Source of the DNA: an uncultured Gammaproteobacteria bacterium
GTDB lineage: Bacteria > Patescibacteriota > Microgenomatia > PFEM01 > DATLAM01
Direction of reading: 5' to 3'
DNA: 64,000 bases
NCBI GenBank assembly: GCA_964566925.1
Contig: CAZMIZ010000002.1
Location: 72,647 to 136,646, forward strand
Every line of letters begins with the position of its first letter. Position 1 is the stretch's first letter. Positions 1-8,270 of the stretch are shown here, one piece after another. A model generated the notes under the pieces. It saw only the letters and a list, made by a program, of their open reading frames with translations, was not told the origin of the DNA and did no database searches. The translations under genes were made by a program, and so were the position numbers.

Positions 1-1
1 C

Positions 2-328
2 TAATTCGCGCTTATCCAAGGAGGCAATCGCCTGCCATTTTTGAACTCGATCTCCTTCTTTGACCCCCACCCAGGCCAACTGACCGGAGGTTTGAAACTT
101 AAGATCAACCTGGTTTTCCGAAACGACCTCTCCAGAAGCGGAAATCGATTGAATTAGGCCTTCTTTTTTTACTTTGGCGGTTTCAAACTTAGCCTCAGGC
201 CCTTGAAGAGCAGAGGTTACCCTTGATGGAAGAGTGATGAGGGCCCCGCCCAAGACGACCCCCGCAAGCACCACTTTGATTTTATTGGCTTTGAGAAAAG
301 TGATGATTTGATTGACTCTTTTTTTCAT
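2..328 (-). CDS. Efflux RND transporter periplasmic adaptor (HlyD/MFP family), N-terminal part, runs off the left edge
   Basis: Translated by hand (not in the ORF track): MKKRVNQIITFLKANKIKVVLAGVVLGGALIT...SISASGEVVSENQVDLKFQTSGQLAWVGVKEGDRVQKWQAIASLD. N-terminal TM segment plus lipoyl-like 'G.v..v.VkeGd.V' motif. Confidence 0.8.
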   Translation of the reverse strand, partial: MKKRVNQIITFLKANKIKVVLAGVVLGGALITLPSRVTSALQGPEAKFETAKVKKEGLIQSISASGEVVSENQVDLKFQTSGQLAWVGVKEGDRVQKWQAIASLDKREL

Positions 329-585
329 TTTGTGAATGTTTATGTAAAAATTCGAAACTTTTCCAAGACAAATTAATTAGCTCGCCTCGTTACGCGGAGG
401 CCGCTTTGCTTCGGTCCAGCTACACCACACCCCCACTTATATTTTTTGCTCGCGTAAAGACAAGAAATTTGTCCTTGCCCACCCGCCCAGGCGCGGACAA
501 ATATATTTTAACACTAATTTCCTTCTGTTTACCACTCACCCCGAAACGGGAGGTAGTGGCAACCCCGCCAAAGAATCCACACATC

Positions 586-873
586 TTAAATTATTACTTG
601 TTTGATTCCGCCTTGATTCAACTTTACCGCTGGCCTGCCTCGAATATTAGCCACCCTACCTATCCTCAATTGACAATCTGGCTCTGGACAATAAACGTCG
701 GTGCCTACTTCTAGTTCTTGGCTACTCGTATTATCTCTATTCATCTTATCAAAGTAGCATTGCCACAATCTGCCTCGACCCACCTTTTCATAACCCTCAA
801 AAAGCAAATGGCCGTTCTTGCACTGCACATCTATAGTAGTAAGCCTGCCTTCGTTTTCCTTGGATTTGGACAT
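586..873 (-). CDS. Small putative Zn-ribbon protein
   Basis: CKNGH...CPEPDC cysteine pairs; start MSKSKENE chosen at 873; divergent from the ribA-like gene. Confidence 0.6.
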   Translation of the reverse strand: MSKSKENEGRLTTIDVQCKNGHLLFEGYEKVGRGRLWQCYFDKMNRDNTSSQELEVGTDVYCPEPDCQLRIGRVANIRGRPAVKLNQGGIKQVII

Positions 874-904
874 AAAATTTGTCCTTTCCGTGTATAATAA
901 CACC

Positions 905-1588
905 ATGAGTAAAGAAAATGCGAATATAGCCTTAGGCGAATATGTAGATCTCTTGAAGGCAAAATTAGAGAATCCTGAACATAAAAATATTATCCTCCCA
1001 GGTGACCCAGAAAGAAAAGTCTACTCTGTAAATTTATTGGGAAGTGGTCCGATCATTGCTGACCTTGGAGAATTCAGACTATATGCTTTTCGAGTCAATG
1101 ACCAGTGGAATGACTATCAAATACTAACTTATGGAGGGAACCCGGAGGTTTTGGCGGAAACACCCTCGCTTTTTGTTAGGATTGATTCTGGTTGTGAAAG
1201 CGGTCAGACATTTCACGACCGAACCTGTGATTGTCAAGAGCAACTATATTTGGCAATGGCTCGATGTGTTGTGGAAGGCGCTGGAGCTATTGTTCATATT
1301 CCTAGTCAAGATGGTAGAGGTCAGGGATTAGCCTTTAAAATGGCTACACTGGATTTACAAGCAACTTTTGGGCTCGATACTTTAACCGCGTTCAAACTTT
1401 TAGATAAGGAAATAGATATCAGAACTTATGAAGGTGCGGTAGCCACGATGCTATTTTTGGGAATTGGTTCTAAGCATCCAATTACCCTAGGAACTAATAG
1501 TCCTCAAAAAGTGGAGGCAATTACTAAAAGTGGAATCGTTATAAATAGAGTTGTTCCCATTAAAATTCCCCCCCACAGAATTAACTAA
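905..1588 (+). CDS. ribA: GTP cyclohydrolase II-like protein (variant active site; C-terminus frameshifted at the C7 tract, restored end 1637)
   Basis: RIDSGCESG..CDC Zn ligands, QDGRGQGL..K, DIRTY and TNSPQK motifs. ATG 905 follows a TATAAT box. The conserved K..LGH.L tail lies in the +1 frame. Confidence 0.8.
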   Translation: MSKENANIALGEYVDLLKAKLENPEHKNIILPGDPERKVYSVNLLGSGPIIADLGEFRLYAFRVNDQWNDYQILTYGGNPEVLAETPSLFVRIDSGCESGQTFHDRTCDCQEQLYLAMARCVVEGAGAIVHIPSQDGRGQGLAFKMATLDLQATFGLDTLTAFKLLDKEIDIRTYEGAVATMLFLGIGSKHPITLGTNSPQKVEAITKSGIVINRVVPIKIPPHRIN

Positions 1589-1629
1589 AAGACATTTTCA
1601 GGCCAAAAGGAGTCTAGGACATAACCTTG

Positions 1630-2520
1630 ATGTTTAATCCAAAAGAAACAGAAATTTCTCCCAAAACTCCATTTATCGAAAGGCTCAAGCATCGCTGGTA
1701 CACCACAGATAGTATGGCAGGGGTAGGACTGGATCCAGATTTAGATAAAATACCTGAATTTATCTGGAAGGAAGTTGGCGGAAGAGAAAATATCTCGGAG
1801 GGAATTATTGCCTTCAACCGCTTAGTAATCGAAGCTACACACCCGTTTGTATGTGCTTACAAACTGCAGAAAGGTTTCTACCAGGGACAAGAAGGTGAAA
1901 AGGCTCTTCAGACTACTGTTGAATTAATCAAAGATACAGACCCAAGCATTTTGATCGTCTACGATGGTAAGATAGGCGACATAGAAAATACTATGCTTCA
2001 ATATAGAAGATATTTATTTGACCAACTTGGAGTAGATGCTCTTCTGGTTAATCCTTATATGGGATCATCCGCCGTATTACCTGTTGCGGATAGGCCAGAG
2101 AAAGGAGTTATTGTGTTATGCAGAACCTCTAATCCAGAAGCAGAACAAATTCAGGGGCTTAGGCTAGACAATGGCAAGCAAGTTTGGCAAGTAGTCTTAG
2201 ATAGATGCCTTAACGAATGGAATGTCCATCAAAATATAATTGCTTGCTTGAGTGCTACCTTTCCTCAAGACTTAGTAGATATTAGACAAACAATTGGAGA
2301 CATGCCTGTCCTTTTAGCTGGAATAGGAGCGCAGGGTGGTAATTTAGAGGCTGCCATACCCCACGTCATAGATACACATGGATACGGCATTATAGTTTTT
2401 TCATCTAGATCCATTATTTTCTCCCACTCTCTACCAGACGAAACTCATGCTCAAACTATGGCCAGAGCAGCAGCAAACTTAAGAGATAGTTTAAGGCAGA
2501 CTAAAGATGCCTCTCAATAA
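1630..2520 (+). CDS. pyrF: Orotidine-5'-phosphate decarboxylase (subfamily 2)
   Basis: VGLDP, AYK, canonical DGKIGDIENT, VNPYMG, CRTSNP, GIGAQGG and SSRSII motifs. Confidence 0.9.
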   Translation: MFNPKETEISPKTPFIERLKHRWYTTDSMAGVGLDPDLDKIPEFIWKEVGGRENISEGIIAFNRLVIEATHPFVCAYKLQKGFYQGQEGEKALQTTVELIKDTDPSILIVYDGKIGDIENTMLQYRRYLFDQLGVDALLVNPYMGSSAVLPVADRPEKGVIVLCRTSNPEAEQIQGLRLDNGKQVWQVVLDRCLNEWNVHQNIIACLSATFPQDLVDIRQTIGDMPVLLAGIGAQGGNLEAAIPHVIDTHGYGIIVFSSRSIIFSHSLPDETHAQTMARAAANLRDSLRQTKDASQ

Positions 2521-3094
2521 GAAAGAAACAGAGCCAAACCAGGGCTTATTCGTCCTCCTTCTAGGTCCATCTGGAGTAGGGAAATCCACCGTTATTAGAG
2601 AACTAGCCCAACAGCTAGATGTCACTTATATTACTCCAGTAATGGATAGGCCACTTCGCCCAGGAGAAACCGGAAAAATATCCGTATCTCCAGAAGAATT
2701 TACCCAAAGAGAGCAATTAGGAGAATTTATCGTCATTAATCACTTGTATGGGTTCCGTTATGGCACTCCTAAGGCCCTCATGGAACAAACACTTACTAAT
2801 TGTAGAATAGCTGTTTTGGATTTCCCTCTTGCTAGGTTAAATCTACTCTCAGATTATCGGCAAAGAGGTGTCCTACTTACTTTTTATCTACTTCCTCCAT
2901 CTAATGAGGAATTAGCTAGAAGATTGGGTAAAGATGACCGTGACCCAAATGGTGTGAGACTAGCTGAAGGGATTCAGGAAATTAAACAGTTACAAGATGA
3001 TGGTTTAACTCATCCTGATATTGACTTCTTTATAACTAACTACGATACTCAAACCACGGCCTGGCAAATTAAGCAGCTAATTTTATCCGATTAA
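2507..3094 (+). CDS. gmk: Guanylate kinase-like nucleoside monophosphate kinase
   Basis: P-loop GPSGVGKS, RPLRPGE, YGFRYGTP and LLPPS.EEL..RL motifs; overlaps the pyrF stop. Confidence 0.8.
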   Translation: MPLNKKETEPNQGLFVLLLGPSGVGKSTVIRELAQQLDVTYITPVMDRPLRPGETGKISVSPEEFTQREQLGEFIVINHLYGFRYGTPKALMEQTLTNCRIAVLDFPLARLNLLSDYRQRGVLLTFYLLPPSNEELARRLGKDDRDPNGVRLAEGIQEIKQLQDDGLTHPDIDFFITNYDTQTTAWQIKQLILSD

Positions 3095-3908
3095 TTTCGT
3101 CTCGATAATATCTAGCTTTCTTTCCAGCAGCTTGGGCAAAATCTTTTCCATCTGAAGCAAAAATAATCTTTTTAGCCGCTAATACTAGCAAGTTAGTTTT
3201 TTGATTATTAAGGCCCAACACTAAATCTTCCAATTTTCCTCCCTGACTACCAAATCCCAAAGTCAAAATTAATATGTCACCGCCTACGGCTAGTCTTATT
3301 TGCCTTAGAGTCTTTGGGAAATTCAACGGCGCCTCGACGAACACATTACCGTTCTTATTCCATTTATTGACTGCATATTCGGCGGCAAGTTGATAAAGTG
3401 GTTTTTCCTTAATCTCTAGATCCTGAATTTCTATCGATGACGGATTGCTATCTTTACACAACACAAGCACGCCTTTTTCTGGATCTTTGGCAAAACCTAG
3501 AACTGTATCCGAACCCATCCACGGAGTTACGGTAATCGCATCTGCCTCTAACCAATCAAATAATTCCTGTTTGGCTTTATTTATCCCCGTAGGGATATTC
3601 TCATCTTTCTTGCAATCCACAATATGCATTAATCCAGGATAATGTTGGTGCAAATAGCGACTAGTTTTCCGTAGCGCTTTCAACCCCGCATTCTTTTCAG
3701 ATGAGTAGAATACATAGTTAGATTTATAAGCAGCCGCGTATTCTTGAGTCGCATCAATAATGTGCTTGTTATACTCAAAAATTGCTTCACCTGAGGTTTT
3801 TTTATCTTTAAACCAGTCTGGTATTTGCTCCCAATCAGTATCCAGCCCCACTACTAACAGGGAATTAATTTGGACAATTCTATTTTTAATTTTATCTACG
3901 AAGTTCAT
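3069..3908 (-). CDS. Second OMP decarboxylase-fold protein with degenerate catalytic motif
   Basis: VVGLD, AAYKSN, TVTPWMG, LCKDSNP and GFGSQGG motifs; DxKxxDI replaced by DCKKDENI. Confidence 0.8.
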   Translation of the reverse strand: MNFVDKIKNRIVQINSLLVVGLDTDWEQIPDWFKDKKTSGEAIFEYNKHIIDATQEYAAAYKSNYVFYSSEKNAGLKALRKTSRYLHQHYPGLMHIVDCKKDENIPTGINKAKQELFDWLEADAITVTPWMGSDTVLGFAKDPEKGVLVLCKDSNPSSIEIQDLEIKEKPLYQLAAEYAVNKWNKNGNVFVEAPLNFPKTLRQIRLAVGGDILILTLGFGSQGGKLEDLVLGLNNQKTNLLVLAAKKIIFASDGKDFAQAAGKKARYYRDEINRIKLAA

Positions 3909-3991
3909 ATTTAATCCGGCAGCTTTCTTGTCTGTATAAAAAGGGCTTTGTGATGCTCGCATCGCACCCCAACGATTTCGCCATTTCCAAA

Positions 3992-4081
<90 letters not shown>

Positions 4082-4136
4082 CGACTATGATCTTACATTA
4101 TACCAAAACTAATCTTGATCGTTAAATTCTGAAGTT

Positions 4137-5831
4137 TTATTGCATTGGGACTTCAATGACCTCTTCCCTTCTCTCCCTCAAGAAACTAGTCCATTCTTCA
4201 ACGATAGCAATGATGGTCTTAAGGGGAGCCTCAATTAAGAAGTCCATCAGGATCATTAGGAAGTTTAACTGAGCCAGGCCTTGGGAAAGCCAAACACCTA
4301 AATTTAAAAAGGGTAAGGTAAGATTATTGAAGAGATGGGCGATGAAACCTTCTCTTTCACCAGTGACGAGCAATTCGGAAGCAGTAAAACGGACCCGAAG
4401 GCCAAAGAGAAGGACCAGAGATAAGAAAATAAAGAAAATTAGACCGCTTACCGGGTTGAAATGAAGTTTCATTAAGATTAAGGAAATACCCCCAAAAGTT
4501 AAGAGGAAAAGGAGGAGATAAATTACAGAAAAAACGGTGGTTAGTAATTGGCTCCTTTTAATCGGGGCTAAGCTGAAACTAGTTTTTGCCTCAGTTTGAG
4601 GATAAACAAAGCTTTTGATTCTCTCAATTAATCTTTCAGTGTTGGCCTCATCTGGGGTTCTAATCGTCAAGCCAATTAGAAACATTAACGCAGGAGGGAC
4701 AATACCATTGATGATAATCGCCAGGGGCGACATTTTTTTCAAAATATAGATCTCATACGGGATTTCGATAATGAAAGCAAAAAGAACTTTGGTCACAAAG
4801 ATATAAACGATGCTGTGAATAATCCCTTGGTTGACCTTTTGCCTGATTTGGGCGTAGCGTTGACGGCAAACCTCTCGAATTTTCCGCTCTAACTTTTCAG
4901 GGTTGGCCAAAAGCTGCTCTGCCTTTTTATAATCTTCGTCGATAATATCTCTTAAAATTTGGAAAGGAGCGGTGTGTTTTTGGATATAGCGAAAGAGATT
5001 GAATCTGATCGGGTGATCGAGTTGCTTTTCAATTTCTTCATGGATTTTAGGAAGATTTTCAGCGATTTCGTCAAGGAGCTGATTATCAGCCTTTTTCCAG
5101 CCGGGGAAGGAAGGAGCTAAGAGATGATAGCGAATCATCGCCTTATCGGACTTTGGCAGGCTTCGATGGATAGCAATAAAAATCTGAATGTCGCGTTCTT
5201 TTAGGGAAAGATTACTTTTTCCCCACTGAAAGTTGTTTTTAAACCAACGGAACATTGCCCGAACGTACGCGTCAATATAAAATAAGGATGGAGCAAGAGC
5301 CTCTTCGATCTCACAAGAGGCGACGCCGAGAAGCCATTCCCTCCATTCGTTGGCATATTTTGAGCCATTACCTTTACCCACTACCCTATTAAGGAGATAA
5401 GAATATTTGGACAGGATTTTGCCGACCTCGATCGCCTTACTTTTAGGAATGGTGTCATTTTTCAAATAGCGGGCCCAAATTAGTTCTCTGATCAGAGAAA
5501 GGGCTAGTTTCTGGGGTTCAGCTGAGGGCCTTTCTCGGAGATGTCTTTTGATGATTCTTTCAATAGCATTTCGCCGCAAAAGATGTTCACCTTTATAATC
5601 GATAACATTTCTGATCCGTTCGTAAATAAAGGCAATTGAGCCTAAAACTTCACTAACACGAATGGTGGGTTCGGGCGCCCTAGCGGCTTCTTTAGCTGCC
5701 TGTTCTTTATAGGCGGTGAATAATTCTTCCACGGCCGAGAGACCACCTTTTTGGGGTTCCGACGTTGGCGGTTTAGAGAAAGCCGCCTCTTTTTTCCTTT
5801 GAGAAGAAAAAATAGTAATCCCGTCTTCCAT
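4137..5831 (-). CDS. Conserved hypothetical membrane protein (soluble helical N-terminus, several C-terminal TM helices)
   Basis: 564-aa ORF with EHLLRRNAIER motif and hydrophobic C-terminal segments. Confidence 0.7.
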   Translation of the reverse strand: MEDGITIFSSQRKKEAAFSKPPTSEPQKGGLSAVEELFTAYKEQAAKEAARAPEPTIRVSEVLGSIAFIYERIRNVIDYKGEHLLRRNAIERIIKRHLRERPSAEPQKLALSLIRELIWARYLKNDTIPKSKAIEVGKILSKYSYLLNRVVGKGNGSKYANEWREWLLGVASCEIEEALAPSLFYIDAYVRAMFRWFKNNFQWGKSNLSLKERDIQIFIAIHRSLPKSDKAMIRYHLLAPSFPGWKKADNQLLDEIAENLPKIHEEIEKQLDHPIRFNLFRYIQKHTAPFQILRDIIDEDYKKAEQLLANPEKLERKIREVCRQRYAQIRQKVNQGIIHSIVYIFVTKVLFAFIIEIPYEIYILKKMSPLAIIINGIVPPALMFLIGLTIRTPDEANTERLIERIKSFVYPQTEAKTSFSLAPIKRSQLLTTVFSVIYLLLFLLTFGGISLILMKLHFNPVSGLIFFIFLSLVLLFGLRVRFTASELLVTGEREGFIAHLFNNLTLPFLNLGVWLSQGLAQLNFLMILMDFLIEAPLKTIIAIVEEWTSFLRERREEVIEVPMQ

Positions 5832-5859
5832 GTCGATTAAGAATTATAAAGTAGCCAAC

Positions 5860-6405
5860 TTAAAGGGTCAAGGAAAGAGAATCAGATTGAGAGTTTAAAC
5901 TGCAGGCGTCAATTTTTTCCATAATAGAGATAACCTTGCCTGCCCAGGTTTTAGAAGGAGGAGCATAAACAGGCGCGATTTTAACCACGGTGTTAAGGCC
6001 GCGATCGTAATATTTTCCCTTAAGGGCTTGGGCAACATAGTTGATTGATTCAGGCCAGCTGGTGAATTGCCAGGCACCATTATTCCAGCCATAGGCGTTG
6101 TAGGAATTGGCCGGGATTTGCCTTCCATAAGTTGACTCCACTCCAGTAATTGCTGGTAGCAAGCGCCAGTCAAGACCATAGCGATCGGCGGCGACCACAA
6201 AATCTCGAGAAAACTCAGCCAGAGGAGAATTTTGGTAGGTAAGAAAGGATTCCAATTTTTCAGTTTGGATTTCAATTTTTTGGTTCTCTTCAATCTCTTT
6301 TTTAAGCACAGCGGAGCTAGCCGCTGTCTCGTTAGCTAAAGCGGGTTTAACTAGGGTGAGAATACTAATAAGGCTCGCCAAAGCGAGCGCCAATAGTTTC
6401 TTCAT
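5860..6405 (-). CDS. Secreted lysozyme-fold/glucosaminidase-like peptidoglycan hydrolase
   Basis: Signal peptide; YGLDWRLLPAITGVES, NAYGW and IAPVYAPP motifs. Confidence 0.75.
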   Translation of the reverse strand: MKKLLALALASLISILTLVKPALANETAASSAVLKKEIEENQKIEIQTEKLESFLTYQNSPLAEFSRDFVVAADRYGLDWRLLPAITGVESTYGRQIPANSYNAYGWNNGAWQFTSWPESINYVAQALKGKYYDRGLNTVVKIAPVYAPPSKTWAGKVISIMEKIDACSLNSQSDSLSLTL

Positions 6406-6431
6406 ATATCTTATGGGACTTTTTGTCCCAT

Positions 6432-6472
6432 AAAAAAATCCTAAAGTAAACCGGGTGGGCTTACCTCAGGAT
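6432..6472 (-). terminator. Intrinsic terminator-like hairpin plus U-tract in the leader of the hydrolase gene
   Basis: Minus strand ATCCTGAGGTAAGCC-CACCC-GGTTTACTTTAGGAT (15-bp stem with G-U pairs) followed by a T-run. Confidence 0.65.
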
Positions 6473-6480
6473 CTAGAGAG

Positions 6481-6509
6481 AGTATAGCATAAAACCCATA
6501 ATATGTCAA
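6481..6509 (-). promoter_or_regulatory. Sigma70 promoter
   Basis: TTGACA-17 bp-TATACT with extended TG. Confidence 0.8.
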
Positions 6510-6518
6510 GTTTCTGAC

Positions 6519-7259
6519 TTATAGGTTTTTCTTCTGAGCAAGAATGAAAATTGAGGGTCCAAAATTAAAGAAAGAAAGGACTGGCTGGCAAATTGACTCT
6601 AAAAAAAGTAAAAAATTGAGAGGGAGAAATTTTTTAAACATCGGGTTGCGAAGGTTTGAAACAGATAGCGTTTCAATTTCCTCGAAACCATTAGCTAAAA
6701 GCAGGCTTTTAATGTGGGTGGGATGATAATTAAAAAAAGATACTCTCTGGCTACGGGAGATATTTTCTGGAAGATGGGATAAAAGATAATTAGCTTTTCG
6801 ACTAAAAAGAGCACGAACCACAGATTTGCCATGAACCTTATTGGCAAATTCGAGAATAAGATGGCCGCCAGGTTTAAGAACGCGCTGAATTTCGACAATA
6901 GCTTTTCCCAATTGAGGGAGATGATGAGCCACCCTGACGATCAGGACACAGTCAATTTGGCTGTCGGCCACCGGCAATTTTGGAAGTCCTCCCTTTTCGA
7001 CTTTGATATTTTTATATTTTTTGAGTCTTTTTTTAGCAATTTTTAAAAGCTTTTCTGAAGGATCGATCAGGAGGCAATGGTTAAAAAGGGGGGCGTAAAT
7101 TTTCGCTAAACGGCCAAAGCCTCCCCCGACATCTAATAAACGATCTTTATGGGAGACTTCAGCCAAAAGCCTTTTCAAGGCGATTGTTTCTGCCAGATGC
7201 TCATACTTCCTCTTTTGCCAATAATGAGGATAGTTATATGAATTGTATTGAGTCCGCAT
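6519..7259 (-). CDS. Class I SAM-dependent methyltransferase
   Basis: LLDVGGGFGR motif I, IDPS, VAHHL and RVLKPGG. Confidence 0.9.
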   Translation of the reverse strand: MRTQYNSYNYPHYWQKRKYEHLAETIALKRLLAEVSHKDRLLDVGGGFGRLAKIYAPLFNHCLLIDPSEKLLKIAKKRLKKYKNIKVEKGGLPKLPVADSQIDCVLIVRVAHHLPQLGKAIVEIQRVLKPGGHLILEFANKVHGKSVVRALFSRKANYLLSHLPENISRSQRVSFFNYHPTHIKSLLLANGFEEIETLSVSNLRNPMFKKFLPLNFLLFLESICQPVLSFFNFGPSIFILAQKKNL

Positions 7260-7296
7260 AGAGAGGATTATACGCTTAGTAATGGTTCAGGTAAAC

Positions 7297-7893
7297 CTAT
7301 TTGAGCTCTTCGAGGAACTGGTTAACGCATCTTGCCCAAGGCCCACCCTTTTCAACAGAGGGAGGAGCATATTTAGCCATGATTTCCTCTGGAGTAGAAA
7401 GGCCCTTATCGAGATATTCCTCTTTTAAGGTTTTGGCTACTTGCTCAATCGCTTGTTCCCAGGAAAGAAACTTCGTTTCTCCGTTTTCAAAACCCCAACA
7501 ATTGTAAGATTCGGGGGGTGCTTTTTTACAGAGATTTGATTCACATTGAGCAATGGCAATCATTAGACGATAATCAAGACCATATTTTTCGGCCATTTCA
7601 AAGAGAAATTCAGCGTGAGGTGCCATTGGTGAGTTATGGGCTTTTAAATATTGGTCAATAATTACCGGTCGGGCGTCTCCAGTGACAATGGCGGTGGAAA
7701 TGCCGCCGACAGCTTCCGGTAGGGCGGCAAAAAGTTGAGATGGAGTTTGAGCCGTAGAAACACCCTTGACAGTGTTGTAAGCCAGAACATCAAACTCTCT
7801 AACCCGGCTGACCTGATTTAAAGCAAAAAAACTTACCCCCAGGGTAACTGGTGTGATTAGGAAAAAAATGATAGGAAGAAAAATTTTCCTCAT
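7297..7893 (-). CDS. Membrane-anchored lysozyme-fold/glucosaminidase-like protein (paralog of 5860-6405)
   Basis: YGLDYRLMIAIAQCES, NCWGF and KYAPPS motifs; N-terminal TM; start MRKIFLP chosen. Confidence 0.75.
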   Translation of the reverse strand: MRKIFLPIIFFLITPVTLGVSFFALNQVSRVREFDVLAYNTVKGVSTAQTPSQLFAALPEAVGGISTAIVTGDARPVIIDQYLKAHNSPMAPHAEFLFEMAEKYGLDYRLMIAIAQCESNLCKKAPPESYNCWGFENGETKFLSWEQAIEQVAKTLKEEYLDKGLSTPEEIMAKYAPPSVEKGGPWARCVNQFLEELK

Positions 7894-8039
7894 AAGGACA
7901 GGCTGATTTTCATGGTGACATATTTTGATACCCTTTGTCAAGAGGAGGGATCTATTGAAACAAAATACATCAAAAGGTATCAGGGGCGTTTTGACTAAAA
8001 GTGACATCAGCCTATTTATTTGCTATAGTGAAGAGGAAG

Positions 8040-8270
8040 ATGATCAAGATTCTTTTAGGAGATTTTGTTTATTTTTTCAAGCTGTTCTTCCTGGTTTTAG
8101 TTTTAGCCAAGATATTTTTGACCATTTATCGGATTGCCACCAAGCAGTGGCTTCCTTCGGTTCACTATCTTTGGCATTTGATTGATTGGCAAGTGGAAGC
8201 AAAAAAGATTCTCATTTTAGCCTTATTCGCCTTTTGCCTCTCCTTAATAAAATTTCTAATTCAATCATGA
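8040..8270 (+). CDS. Small membrane protein
   Basis: Two hydrophobic segments; its TGA overlaps the ATG of the GTPase (ATGA). Confidence 0.55.
   Translation: MIKILLGDFVYFFKLFFLVLVLAKIFLTIYRIATKQWLPSVHYLWHLIDWQVEAKKILILALFAFCLSLIKFLIQS

Noticed and set aside
406-714. ORF 406-714 and the many short antisense ORFs inside long genes
   Set aside because: No motifs or start signals; they overlap better-supported genes.
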